Shown piece after piece: positions 26,611 through 39,060 of a stretch of DNA of 64,000 nt. The stretch covers positions 236,532,001 through 236,596,000 of the forward strand of contig NC_058368.1 in NCBI RefSeq assembly GCF_018350175.1, given 5' to 3'. This DNA comes from Felis catus. Lineage: Eukaryota. The position numbers and the translations under genes are program-made. The notes under the pieces were generated by a model, which saw only the letters and a program-made list of their open reading frames with translations, searched no databases and was not told the DNA's origin. How positions within the stretch are numbered: the first letter of the stretch is position 1; every line of letters begins with the position of its first letter.

Positions 26611-26829
26611 CCTTTTTTTGTTGTTCCCCTAGCTCTAATAACTTTTCCCTAGCTTTGCAAACCTGACTTTTTTTTTTAGTTCTATGTCAATAGAATATTT
26701 TAAAAAAGTGTTACACAACACGGCGTTTTCCAAAGTTTCTCTAGGTCTATTTGGCTACCACCAAATATACCATATTTGGTATTTTCCCAAGTTCTAATGA
26801 TTTACACTTGAACATGCAAAATATTCTTT

Positions 26830-26991
26830 AGGGTCACCTGAGTGACCCAGTTGGTTGAGCATCCAACTCTTGAATTCAGTTCAGGTCACAATGATACGGT
26901 CATGAGATCGAGTCCCACTTCGGGGTCTGCACTGACAGCACAGAGCCTGCTTGAGATTCTCTCTCCCTCTGTCTACCCCTCCCCTGTTCTT

Positions 26992-27023
<32 letters not shown>

Positions 27024-27040
27024 AATAAACAAATAAATAA
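26830..27040 (+). mobile_element. Older Can-SINE
   Basis: Diverged head, CT tract, aaataaataaa; TSD similar to attcttta. Confidence 0.88.
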
Positions 27041-29412
27041 AGCATTCTTTACACAGGACTAATCTGTAAATTATTTCATGGAAATGTTTGTGATAAATAA
27101 GGTAAACAATATCAGTCCCTCAAAATTGAGTCTAATGTTTAATTCATATGATATTGGATCATATTACTGAAATCATTATAATCTCACCAATGAGTAAATT
27201 TTCCCTCGAAGGACAATTGACTTCCTAGGTACAATAAGTTCTGGTTCTTTTAAGACAACTGGAATGTAGATAATTCATCATAATCTGTAAGATCTGGACC
27301 CGAAAACACCCAAATCAGCATTTTGTTACCTTTTCTCGTCCCTTATTCTCACTTGCGAAATGCCCACTCTCTCTTGCAGCCTTTTCCATGGATTTCAGAG
27401 AGTTGTTCAGTCCTCAGTGGTTTTTTCCTCGTGCCTTGAAAACACAACAGGGTAGAACTGATGCTTGAGAAGCAAACAGTGGCTCCCGTTCACATTTCTC
27501 CTCTTGTCCTCACAGGTCTGTCCTTGCCACCTGCCTTACAGAACCAAAGCCTTCCGGGCTTCCCAGTGATGCCCTTCATTTTGTTTTCTCCATGGCTGAG
27601 TCTTCTCTGGGCTTCCTGAGGGACCTCCCTTTCCTACAAAATCTGCCTCCAGGGCTTGTGCCCCTGGCACCGCACTCCTGTCCATTCTTCTTCTTCTTGA
27701 ACAGATTCCTGTGTGGCCATTTTTGAAAAGACTTCTCTGCATCCTTGCTGCTTCTTCAAGGTTCTCTGCCATAACACTTCACTCTGTATCTCTTTCTACA
27801 GCTCATCTGGCTTGCTTGTTCGGTGCCTGACTCCTTTCTCAGAGCCTTCTTTTTCTAGCCCTTGTGCATGCTTACCTTTCCATGACATTTTTTTAAAGTT
27901 AACCTGTTTTAGATGCACTGATATTGTGGTCTGTTGTAAAAGCCTGATGACCAAGGAACAGCTGTGCTTCACGTAGATGGATCTAGCGTCTTCCTCAAGC
28001 TAACGAAAGATCGCCTCAAAGTGACACTACCTGGGTGAAGGACACGGCAGGTAGGAGGTGTGTAATATTGGTTCTTCATGATGCTGCAAGTGGCTCCTTG
28101 TGACACTTCAAGTAGAGATGACACGCAATGGGCTTCCCATGCCTGACACAGTCCTAGATCATAAAGTTAATGCAGATTATTTATATCGTTGAAACTAAAT
28201 CCTAGCATGGTTGGTACAAGCACAATGGGAATCAGGCATCAGGCAATTTCTTGCCACCTCAACACGCAAAATAAATCTTTTCCTTCAAAATGCAACACAG
28301 GCAAACCCTCTGAGAAACGGAGAGACACTGAGCATATGAGTCTGGTCTCTCTCCAGGGCCATGGCGACAGTTCAAGCTCTTGGAAGCAATGCTTGTGTGG
28401 TGTGTGTCTTCAAGAACCTCACCTGCGTCTGTGGCTGAAAAGCCCGTGTGAGATACACAACACTTCTTGAAGGGCAAAGAGCTTTGGTTTCCACTCCTCC
28501 TGCTCTTTGGATATTTAGTCTTCTGGAGGAAGATTTCTAACCTGAAATCCATCCAAGGCATCTGATTTTTTCCACCCCTGAAGTTCCAGAAGTGTGGCCC
28601 TCTGTCACTAGAAGTTATAAAAGATAGACAAGGGGAAGAAAGCAAACAGCACCATGATGATCGCAAAGAGGTCAAGGGTACTTTAAATAGAGTGGTGTGC
28701 CTGGGCTGTAGGAGGCGAGGTTGGGGGCTTCAGTCCCCCGTGGGTCTGGAATCGAGCCTGCTCTGGTCAGATTGGGACCAGCTCACAGATCCGGAGCTGG
28801 TAATCTGATCACCGTCTTTCCCGTTTTCATGCTGTGCTTTCTTCAGAGCGCTTCTCCTGGTTCCAGCCTGTGACAGTGAGATAAGACACAAGAAATTTAG
28901 TCATCATGACTGCGGTAAAGGAGCTCAGTGAAGGGATTATGGTATCCCATAACCCTTCCATTAGCCACGGACGGGGCAGCGCCACTGTGGTCACAGAACT
29001 GAATGCCACCGTGGTTGTCTCCCCCTTTCCTGCTTGCTGATGTGTTTTTGCCTGTTTTATCTATATACTCACTTCATAAAAAGAAAGCTTTGAAAGGTTA
29101 ACCCGGAAAGAGTCATCGCATTCCGCTCCCTAAATCGCGGTGTGGGGCACCCCAAAGTTGTGACCGGGACACGAGTCCACTTCTCGCCAACGTGGGCCCG
29201 GTAGTGGTCAAGGGTGTCACTGGGGGCCTCATCTGCATGCCATCTTCATTAGGCAATGCAAACAGGACAAGCTGAACAAATCAACATGGAACAGACAGGC
29301 TGCCAAGGGAAGCAGCGATTTAGGGAAAAAAGAATGACTTGTGGAGGCAAAGGGATAGCGGCTTCCTATCGCTTGTGGACATGCAAGCTGTTGTGGCAAA
29401 GATGCCATTTCT

Positions 29413-29647
29413 TTTTTTTTTTTTTTTTTTAAATTTTTTTTTCAACATTTTTATTTATTTTTGGGACAGAGAGAGACAGAGCATGAACGGGGGAGGGGCA
29501 GAGAGAGAGGGAGACACAGAATCGGAAACAGGCTCCAGGCTCTGAGCCATCAGCCCAGAGCGCGACGCGGGGCTCGAACTCACGGACCGCGAGATCGTGA
29601 CCTGGCTGAAGTCGGACGCTTAACCGACTGCGCCACCCAGGCGCCCC
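29413..29647 (-). mobile_element. Young Can-SINE (SINEC_Fc)
   Basis: Perfect 16-bp TSD caaagatgccatttct (29397-29412 / 29648-29663). Confidence 0.96.
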
Positions 29648-29844
29648 CAAAGATGCCATTTCTAAGAGTGGATGCTGTCCTCTGGCATGGGGCAATTGAG
29701 AAGAGTACGAGAATCATGGGAAAATCATGGGAGGGCCTTGGATAATGTTTCTCTCTAGGAAGTCTCCAGCCCTCCATGTTTTACAGTCCACCAGCATTTC
29801 AGCAGAAATGCACTCACAGAGCTCCCACTAATAATCCAGGTGTG

Positions 29845-30058
29845 GGGGCACCTGGATGACTCAGTTGGTTAAGCGTCTGACTTCGGCTCAGGTCATGATC
29901 TCATGGGTTCATGGATTCTAGCCCCGCATCAGGCTCTGTGCTGACAGCTCGGAGCCTAGAGTCTGCTTTGGATTCTGTGTCTCCCTCTCTCACTGCCCCT
30001 CTCCTGCTCATGATCTGTCTCTCAAAAATAAAAAAAAAAAATTAAAAAATTGTCTAAA
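29845..30058 (+). mobile_element. Can-SINE
   Basis: TSD aataatccaggtgtg/aataatccagctgtg. Confidence 0.93.
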
Positions 30059-30349
30059 AAATAATCCAGCTGTGAACAGCAATTAAAACGTAAAAATATT
30101 AACTATAGTTTTGAAGAAAATATATATCACTGCATGTCTTTGGCACAATTGAAAAATAGGCAAAAAAGACTACAATTTTTCTTTACAAGGAGGAAAAAGT
30201 GATATAACAATACACATACGGGGAGGGTAGGAGATTTTTAAGTCATTGAAAATACAGCCACAAGTCTAAAACAAATGGGCAAATTATAGTCTGAACGAGT
30301 GAACTTAAAACCAGTAGAAAGCAGCGCTGACAGAAAATCTCCGGAGTAA

Positions 30350-30520
30350 TATGTAAGAAGAGCCTAGATGCCGGGTTGGCTGTTGGAGGATGACTGACCT
30401 TGGGCACATCTCATTGGTAAGCAGATATAAAGATGCCTTCCTCAGAAGGTTTTGATGAGGACTTTGCTGGGTGACACAATGCAGGACAAGCACTCGTGAC
30501 ACAGTAGGCACTCATTAATG
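30350..30520 (+). mobile_element. MIR fragment
   Basis: tgaccttgggca...cttcctcagaaggttttgatgagga...acacagtaggcactcattaatg. Confidence 0.6.
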
Positions 30521-30539
30521 CCAGGGTAAAAGAATGCCA

Positions 30540-31147
30540 TCATGGCTGCCCAGTTAGGGTGAGGTGAACAAGATCCAGGAAAATACTGGAGTTCTGGACA
30601 AATCCATTGTGGACCAGGTAAGAAAAGCAGGATGGGTCTCTGTCTTTCTCAGGGGGTCCTGGCCCTTCCTTTAGTTGGTGGATTGGGACTGTGAAGCTGG
30701 CTCAGGTCTGAAAACTGGGCTAGGGATCGTTGGATGTTTTGTGGGGTGGTTCAGGTCCCTGGGATTCTATTTTTCACTTATTTTGCTTGTACCCTTGAGC
30801 ATTACCCTTGTTACTACCCATCTTCTTTGCTTCTGGGCTCTCTGTGTTCCACTAACCATCTCCATGGCTGCCTATGGCTCAGGCTCCTCTGATATGGATC
30901 CAAGACTAGCACTGACTACAGTAATCTCACTTTCCTTGGTTTGGGCGATCAGATGCTGCCATCAGGCTTTTGTTAATTTCAGGATTCTCTCGTCCATACA
31001 GCTATAAGAAGCCCAGTTCTTTGAACAACATCTTCCACCGTCAGACCTAGCCTTCATCAGGCGATGCCACCATATACTGCAATATCGCTGGTATTTTTCC
31101 CATAAATATATTCTTCTACATTCCGGTGACAGATGCTTTCCACCCCC

Positions 31148-31192
<45 letters not shown>

Positions 31193-31680
31193 CTAGTCAG
31201 TCCACTGCTCCAAGCATTACGCTTGTCTCCTTTTTACCACTCCACCGGTTTCCATGGCAACTCTAGCATTTCCACTTCTCTGGGTTGGGTCACTGCTCTC
31301 TCCCAAGAGCCAACATAGCAGTGTCCTACCCCTATCTCGCAGGGCCCTAGCCAGAGTTTTAAATCCAGTGTGGTGGAGTGATTCCCATATGGAAACGCCC
31401 TAATCAACTAACTGTGTGGTCCACCCTCTTTGATCCAAGCCCCTGAGGACTTAGTTCTGCATCTGCTCTGTTGGATTCTGATGGGGCGTATCCTCTGGGT
31501 CCTGCATCTCAGCTGCTGGCCAAGAAATCACCAGGCCAGGATGTGTTGACTCAATCCTTGTTACTGATCTGTGAAGGGCAAGGGAGGAGACTCTGGGTCT
31601 TAAGGGGACTGAATACTATTTTGTACAGCAGTAGCCTTTGCATTATTGCTGAGCCCTGGGAGAGGGTAAACATTTCACGT
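30540..31680 (-). mobile_element. Class III ERV (ERVL/MaLR internal) gag remnant
   Basis: Minus-strand TGFKTLARALRDRGRTLLCWLL (31304-31369), EVEMLELPW (31252-31278), LGLTVEDVV and RSLAQFSDLSQ (30697-30729), colinear with recalled ERVL gag. Confidence 0.8.
31149..31188. repeat. (CA)n microsatellite
   Basis: Direct reading of the sequence. Confidence 0.95.
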
Positions 31681-31789
31681 TTTCATTTTCAATAATAGAT
31701 ACCGCGAGGTGAACCTCTAACAGGGAGGGGTTAGCTACATCTTCAGATGCAAGGTTCTACCTGGTGCAAAGGAAGTCCAGAAACCGTGT

Positions 31790-31918
31790 CTGACCTGTGC
31801 AAGTCCTCAGGACTCTATGCTTAAGTTTGACGCACTGTCGCCACCTTGAAATTCTTAATATTTTAAACAAAGAGTCATACACATTCATTTTGGGGGCTGC
31901 AAGTTATAACAGGTCCTG
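31790..31918 (+). mobile_element. MER53-like hAT MITE fragment
   Basis: ctgtcgccaccttgaaattcttaata..aacaaag..ttcatttt..caagttat..ggtcctg. Confidence 0.7.
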
Positions 31919-32566
31919 GGAATAGGGATGAGTACAAAATCTTTGAAATGCTTATCTCGCAGAATTAACGTCTACCACACTATCAGCTATGTAGATATAC
32001 AACTCAAAAAGCACACAGAGAAAACGGGGCTAACAATACCTATTGGTGAATCATGGGCCTGTAGATAATAGGAGAGAAACCATGGGCATGGGTTCTGTTC
32101 CCATGAAGCGTGTGCATTGGGGAAGTCTGAAGGCCAAGGCTGGGAGTGTGAGGGCCCTCATGGTAGATGGAGACAGGAAGCGCACGGGGACCAGAGACAC
32201 GGTGTGCAGAGAAGTCCAGGGGAGACTATGAGTGCCTGGAGGTTGGGGACCTCATGAGGCCATGGGGGCTGAATATTTCACAAAGGAAAGGATGAGAAAG
32301 AGCATGAATTGGGGAGGGGGGTGTGTTTCGTGAGATAAACACTAACATGCGACCTTTAAATCTGAGGAGGAAGAAGAAGTGATACCCTTAGCTGGAGCCG
32401 TTCTTTGGCATGATGGGCTCGATGGAGTTCGGGAATGCATGGCAGCTGGGGGTGGAGGTGGTGACCCTGGATGTGTCGCTTATATAAGAGGGGGTGAGGA
32501 GGAACAAGTAGCCAGTAGAATCTGAGTAGTTTTAGTGTGCTCTCAAGCTGGAGAAAGGAAGCCAAC

Positions 32567-32613
<47 letters not shown>

Positions 32614-32692
32614 CAGAGACAGAGAGAGAGACAGAGACAGAGAGATAGAGAGAGACAGAGAGAGAGAAGGAGAGAGGGAGAGAGAGAGAGAG
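32567..32692. repeat. (GT)n-(GA)n compound repeat
   Basis: Direct reading of the sequence. Confidence 0.9.
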
Positions 32693-34048
32693 GATCCACT
32701 CTTGTGGGTCATTTTAATGGTTTTATTTATTTATTTATTTGCGCATTTTTAAGTTCCCTCAAATGACCCTCCTTTCCTGGCTGGAACATTTTAATTTGAA
32801 CGAAACTTCTGATGTCTCTAAGACAGTCCCCTCTGCTGAGATGCTCCTTTTATGGACACTGGCGGTATGTTTTTGTCATTGTTCTTCCTCGAGGCAAAAA
32901 CTCAGATGACAAGGCAAAACCTAAGCCTTCCAAGCGCAGTGAATGGCTAAATTGATCAATGTCCTCTCAGTTTATGTGAAGTATTAACTTGAACCTTAAT
33001 TAGGATGCTCTGTTTATTTTCCTTGGCTTATTTGCCTCCATCCAAGGGAAATTGCTCACAGAACAGAGAATTCTGTCTCAAAACCTTTATGCAGCCGAGT
33101 GTCTTCCTTGGTGCAAACTCCAGGCTGATCAAATGGAGAATCCAGTCTGCTTAGGGGGGAGGCTGGAGTTCCCTTCCTGTCTGGATACTCTCAAGCTGTC
33201 ACTGTCACAGTGGGGATGTTAGGCCGAACACAGAAGCGGGCCACGAAGGCACTCTTTCTTTCTTCTGGTCTCAGGAAGGATGGAGAAGTTAGCATGGCAT
33301 TGCTGGGTGGGTTCTAGGTCATGGTCACCCTGGTTAGAATGGATGAGAATGAATTCCAACAGACTCTGAGACTACCGCCTATTTATATATTGCAGGCGAG
33401 AGGCAGAGCACAGACTAATGAATGGTTTGCCAGTTATAATAAACTATAAAAATCTTGGTTATCCAGGGATTCTGACTTCGGACTTGTACATTTGCCTTTC
33501 GCACAACGTAGATACAGGCAAACAATGGATGCTGGTCTAACCGAAATTCTGGGCATTTAACGCTGTTGTGATGAACTTTGATATCCCAGTGTTAAGGCTT
33601 CAAGAAAACAGCTTTCTATTTCTGGAGGAGTAAGAAGTTTAGTCTTAGCCTAGTGAAATATTGATAAGGTTCTGATTTGCAATGATTTTCTGTCTTTGCT
33701 GATTTTCTCAGTCTGTAGTCAATTCACATTTCTCTGTGATTTGCACACATCCAGAGTCAGATGAAATTAGGCCAGAGCGATTTCACTGGTGCCCACAGTG
33801 ACAGCGATGTCCCCAGATATAGGAATTTGCCATTACATGGCTTCTTTATTTGGTCCACCATGAATATTTTATTCAGCCCTAAACAAGGCAGCTACTCAAT
33901 TCACAATGATGATGTATATATGGTGAGATTGCCTGTACTTAGTTTAGAACATACTAACTTTTGGAGTGTCTGTAATATAGGAATTTTGGATATGTGGATG
34001 CCAAAATTAACAAACAGATCTATCTGTGTTTATTGCACAAATTAGACC

Positions 34049-34126
34049 TTAGGTTAAGCCACATGAAATTGCCAGTATTTGACCATTTTGACCTATGGAA
34101 AGGCAATTACTTATAGTTCAGCCTAA
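34049..34126. mobile_element. MADE2-like mariner MITE (~80 bp, palindromic)
   Basis: ttaggttaagccacatgaaattgcc...ggcaattacttatagttcagcctaa imperfect terminal inverted repeats. Confidence 0.75.
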
Positions 34127-34499
34127 ATAATACTCTCGTGGTGCATGGATAAAAGTGATCAGGAAGAATTTGTGACCGAGCTTAGAGGTTAAATGGAACA
34201 AATAAGAATCTATAATTTATTGGAATCTGAGATCTTTTGTCTTAATGAAATGTTATGCATTTTATGCACTTGATGTGGCAACCGTACCTTTTAACAGAAA
34301 GAGACCACAGGAGCATAGTGACCCAAAGGAAAGCATTATATGTCTACTCGTAAGGACCGTAAGACCAAGGAATTACGATGCCCCGGTTCAGAAGAGGCTG
34401 AAATGCTGACTGAAGTAGATTTATTGCATGAAATAAAACGTGCTTATCTGTATGAACGTTTTGGTTGTTTAGTGACTTGTTTTGGAAACTTCACAAAGA

Positions 34500-34715
34500 G
34501 AGTAATGCAGATATTAATACTACTACTAATAATTATAGTCAATAGTTCTTAAGTACAAAACAAGATACAAGCCATCATCCACGAGTATTCACTTACCACG
34601 CAGCACAGCCAATGCAGCAAATACTATTATTATCACCATTTTGTAGCAGGAAAAATTACATGGGTGGGACAGCAAAGTCAAGTAACTTGCCCAAATCGCA
34701 CGGCTGTTGAGTGCT
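34500..34715 (-). mobile_element. MIR
   Basis: tactattattatcaccattttgtag..gaaaaa..aagtaacttgcccaaatcgcacggct. Confidence 0.7.
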
Positions 34716-36411
34716 CCATCACGGCAAACTTTGGAATTAAATTTGTGTTATTTGTGTGAATGTGCGTGTAACGTGAGGCATTGCAAAATAGTGTTTATTT
34801 TTTGTGATAATATGTGCAGAGGATCCTATTTTGTGCCACATTTGTACATTCCCAAGGTTATCTTAACACACAGAAGCATTAAATAGCCTAAAGGAAAACA
34901 CTGGAAGAAGGTGGAGAAGAAGGAGGCCATTTAAGATGACATTCTTGCCTGTGTCCCTCTGTGTAAAGAGCCAACAGGAGGAAGGAAAGAGTGGGTGCAG
35001 TAGCTGTTTGCCTCTGGCCCATGCTCCCCACTCCAAGGCACAGGGGCAGGCCAGGGACACAAGTGACAGTGGCCACGGTGTTCCTGGCTGTTGGGCCCCA
35101 CATGTCATTACGCGATCCCAGCGCTGACGCTTGCTGGCTGGAACTCAGCCACACCCTCAACTGCTCTGAATCTCTCACGTACGGGTAATAACGAATTGAG
35201 ATGGTCACACTCTATGGCGTTAGCCGCTGCTTCTTGGTTCAGCGGAGAAGAGCAAAGAACATGAAGTGATGGGAGAAGATAGGATCCAAGGGGGCGAGGG
35301 ACCGGCCTGGCCACCCAGCTCCCTGGGAATGAGCGCATGAATGGAGAACTGTCCCAGCTGGTCGACACATCACCAGGGCCCCCCGTGGCGTCTCCCCACC
35401 AGGGCAGACAAGCATCTTGATTTTTTAACAAGCTCTTGTCAACTCTCTTCTGTCTTTTTGACAATTTGGCCATGGTCTTTAGCAAAAGCCATTAATTACT
35501 GCGTTTGCATGTTACCATAGCCCTGGCATCATATTGAGGAGGAAATCGGGCTCTGCTATTATGTTAGGTGGACCCCGGGGCCCCCAGAATGCAACAAGGG
35601 TGATAGTCACTTAACCTGCTCACACTAGACTTGTTTACTGAATCCTGAAGATGGGTACTTCTCTCCGGAAGGATTCGGGAAGCAACCCCAGTGCAGAGCC
35701 CGCCGTGGCTGGTGCAGGACCCCCCCTGGGGCCGATGGGTTGTGTCTCTGACCCCGTGCTGTTCCCTATGGTAAACTCCAGGCGAAGTTTGCCCTTTTCT
35801 TTCTGGGTCTGGGATCCTTGTTCGTGCACGCATTTACAAGGGGAGAACATTCCCAGCGCTGCAGCCCCTGGTTTCTTTTCTCTCCTCTTCCTGGTTCGGA
35901 TTTCATCACCCCTTCCAAAATGGAAGCTTGCCCTGCACCATGCAGCACTTTCCACGGCGAGGTGGGGAGGGAGGCCACTGATCCCAAAGGAAGTTTGGAA
36001 CCACTGTATTCCAGCATCTGTAGGACTGAGGCCTCAGCCAAGGCCACGAGCGGGCTGGGGTCCCAGTCAATGGGGGAAGCACACAGAGCCGGACAGGACG
36101 GTACTGACCCTGGAGTTCCTGGCACGTCCAGAACAATCTCAGAAGCAGAACGCAGACCACAAGTGCTGTGTCACTCAGGCGGTGACGTGGGGGGACGGCT
36201 CTCCCTGTCCAGGGCAAGGGCTGAGGTGACTTCTCTAATGAATGGGAGTTAGGATATTTTAAACACTCAAGATTATTATTTGGCCAAAATGAATTTAATT
36301 ATCCTTTCTTTGTTTCCTGTTTCTCAGATTGCAATTATTAATGTCGTTTTATTCTGTTTAACTTATTTTGATTTTTAATTTCTTTTATTTTTATCTATTT
36401 ATGTATGATGT

Positions 36412-36619
36412 ATTTTTTAATGCTCATTTTTGAGAGAGAGAGAGACACATAGCGTGAGTGGAGGAGGGGCAGAGACGGAGAGAGACACGGAATCTGAAAG
36501 AGGCCCCAGGCTCTGAGCTGTCAGCACAGAACCTGATGCGGGGCTCAAACCCGTAAACCGTGAGATCATGACCTGAGCAGAAGTCAGATGCTCAACTGAC
36601 TGAGCCACCCAGGCACCCC
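36412..36619 (-). mobile_element. Can-SINE
   Basis: Reverse SINEC consensus. Confidence 0.93.
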
Positions 36620-38410
36620 GATGGATTTCATTTTTTATTCTTTTATGTGTTCACTATTTTTTTCTTTATATCATTTTATTTAAAAAAATATATCACATGT
36701 GTTTCACTATGACTCTTGAAAACTGTACAGGAGACCGCATCCTTGCCTGGATTGCAGGCTCCCTGAAGACAGGTCATTCTGCTTGATTTGAATCACTGAC
36801 CCTTAATTCTTTGTAGGTAATTTGACTTCACTTCCCACTGGAATGAAGTAAGATGTTGTAATAATTTTGCCCAGGTGACAGGCAGAGCTGTCCATCACGC
36901 GCTGATCTAATGGAGAGGCCATCCGATGGCGGAGATGATGCCTCTGCTTCTCGTGATCCACTTAATGACCCGGACGATGTGAAGGACAGAGACCGGTGAT
37001 TTCCTTGCCGTTGCTTTTCATTTAAATCGCGTGGTGCAAAAGCGACTAAAACGCCAACGAGGCCGGGTGTGCTTATCACCTGCATAAAATCTGCTCTAAG
37101 TTTGTAGCCATCAGTACAGGTAACAGGATCCAATTTTTCACATGAGGTCCGTGCATTTCCATAATCGCCCCTCAGTGCCTGGCGCTTACCTGCTTTGTTT
37201 TCCATTCCCATTTTATATATAATTGCACGCCTAGGCCCCATCAATATGCAGGTTAGCACTCTAAAATGAAACTATAAATTTCAATTTGGAGGAAATAAGC
37301 CCTCATTTGGGTTCATAAGTTTTAAATAACACATTACCATTGGCTACATCCAGTTTGCATTTCTAATGTTATTTTATGCATTTGACAATAGATGTTCCAC
37401 TCTGCTCGGGAGACGAGAGCAAGTGCATATGAAATGTAAGTCTGCTTAAAATGTAGGAATTTATTAGACCTGTCAGTCAGCACTGACAAGAGAGTTAACT
37501 TATTTCTGAAGGTAGTTGAGACACCTGGGCTCCCTCCATTGTTCGCAGGCTCTGAAGTTTCAGAATCCTGTCTCCAGCACCTCTTCAAAATATTGCCTCC
37601 ACATTTTTAAGGGCCCAAAAACAAAGCAGAGCCCCAATACTCAAAGATGAGAATAGTTCACTGCCAGGCCGGAAGCTGGGGGAGAGCTGCGGGGAGGGTG
37701 CCTGATGTCCAGAGGGGAGCGCACGCCGGGACGCCACCCCGGTCCCGGCAGCGTCCACACTGTCTGCGTCCCTGTAGAGGCAGGAGCAATTGTCTAGTGG
37801 ATTTCTCTGCTGCTTCTCACCAGCATTGATTGTGGGGCTGTTTCCAAGAAGTCTTTGACCTTCTACCAAACTAAGACGCCGACAATCGAATAAGACCGTA
37901 TCATATAACAATCTCGAAGAAGCCACCGCTCTGAGCCAGGTCATGGGTACATATTCCACTGGAAGTTCTCTCTTGCTTTCAAAATAGCCTCCGTTCAACA
38001 GCAGAGAAGTAGTAATATAATAATATATTTAATTAGTGGTAATAATAATTAAATAATTAAATAATTGTAGTAGCGATATAATTAAAAAGCAAATTGGCAG
38101 ATTTGAGTGTATGTGTGGTTCATGGCAGAGTGGTTTGTGAAGGAAGATCTCCATGTTTTGTCTGACATGTTTTTCAGCATCACGAACCTTTGCACGGAAG
38201 TCCTCCTACGGAATGTCAGTCGAAGGTTAAACTGCTGTCATTGTATGTCTAGCTCCGTGTCCCATCTGAAAGCGGGAGACGGCGTGTTTCCCAGAGAGGA
38301 AAGCAGCTGTGCACACACACAGTTTGGAAACCGTTCTCCACAAGCACCAACCAGGGGCGTTTATGTACCACGCACACCTCCCATCATGACTGAGCAGCAA
38401 AGTGGAACAT

Positions 38411-38857
38411 TGTGATCGCAGATGGTGTGTTGGCTTCCAAATGGCTCATCTTACCCTTCTGGACCCGTCTCTTTGGCCACATGACTTTGCCACCCTCTCA
38501 TTGCAAAGTGGAATCTATCTCCCCCTCTCTTTGAATTGGGCTGGCCAACAGAAAGTGGGCAGGGTGATGCTGTGGCAGTTCTGAGCCCCAAACACTGTGC
38601 ATTCTCTAATTCTTGGAGTCAGATAGCACTGGCACGAGAGCAAGCCCAGACTAACCTGCAGGGATGTGGGGGCCCCTGGAGAGAAGCCATCATCCCAGAC
38701 CTCGTACTCACAACCAGCCAACCCCTCTGCTCCCCGTGGATGATCACAGAGGCATAAGGCAGCCCAGCTGGCTGTAAGCATCTGAACAATGATACACGTT
38801 TATTGTTTGAAGTCCCGGAGCTTGGCGGTGTTTGTTACACCATAGCTAACTGATACA
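38411..38857 (+). mobile_element. MaLR solo LTR (MLT1-type)
   Basis: TG...CA ends; tgactttgcc..ctctcatt..agtggaatctat, ttggcggtgtttgttacac.catagctaactgataca. Confidence 0.8.
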
Positions 38858-38929
38858 TCATCACCATTATCACCATAATTCCTCCTCTTTATCAACAACA
38901 GCTAGTGTAGTGGATTTTCGTTTCCGTGC

Positions 38930-39060
38930 ATTCATCATCTGAATGAATTTCTATGAAAATTTTCCAAAAAGATAATACCACCCCCATTTTAAAAATGAAG
39001 AGGCCAGGGTTAAGAAATGGTCAATGTCTTTGAACCTGTGTCTGTATGAGTCCAAAATTT
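38930..39060 (-). mobile_element. MIR fragment
   Basis: cccccattttaaaaatgaagaggcc..ggttaagaaat..tttgaacctgtgtctgtatgagtccaaa. Confidence 0.6.

Noticed and set aside
27536..27772. 78-aa minus ORF MAENLEEAARMQ...
   Set aside because: No recognisable homology or supporting splice or promoter context.
35651..36229. Longest ORF (192 aa) and overlapping ORFs
   Set aside because: GC-rich DNA with ORFs open in several frames and on both strands, no recognisable domain and no exon structure; most likely chance.
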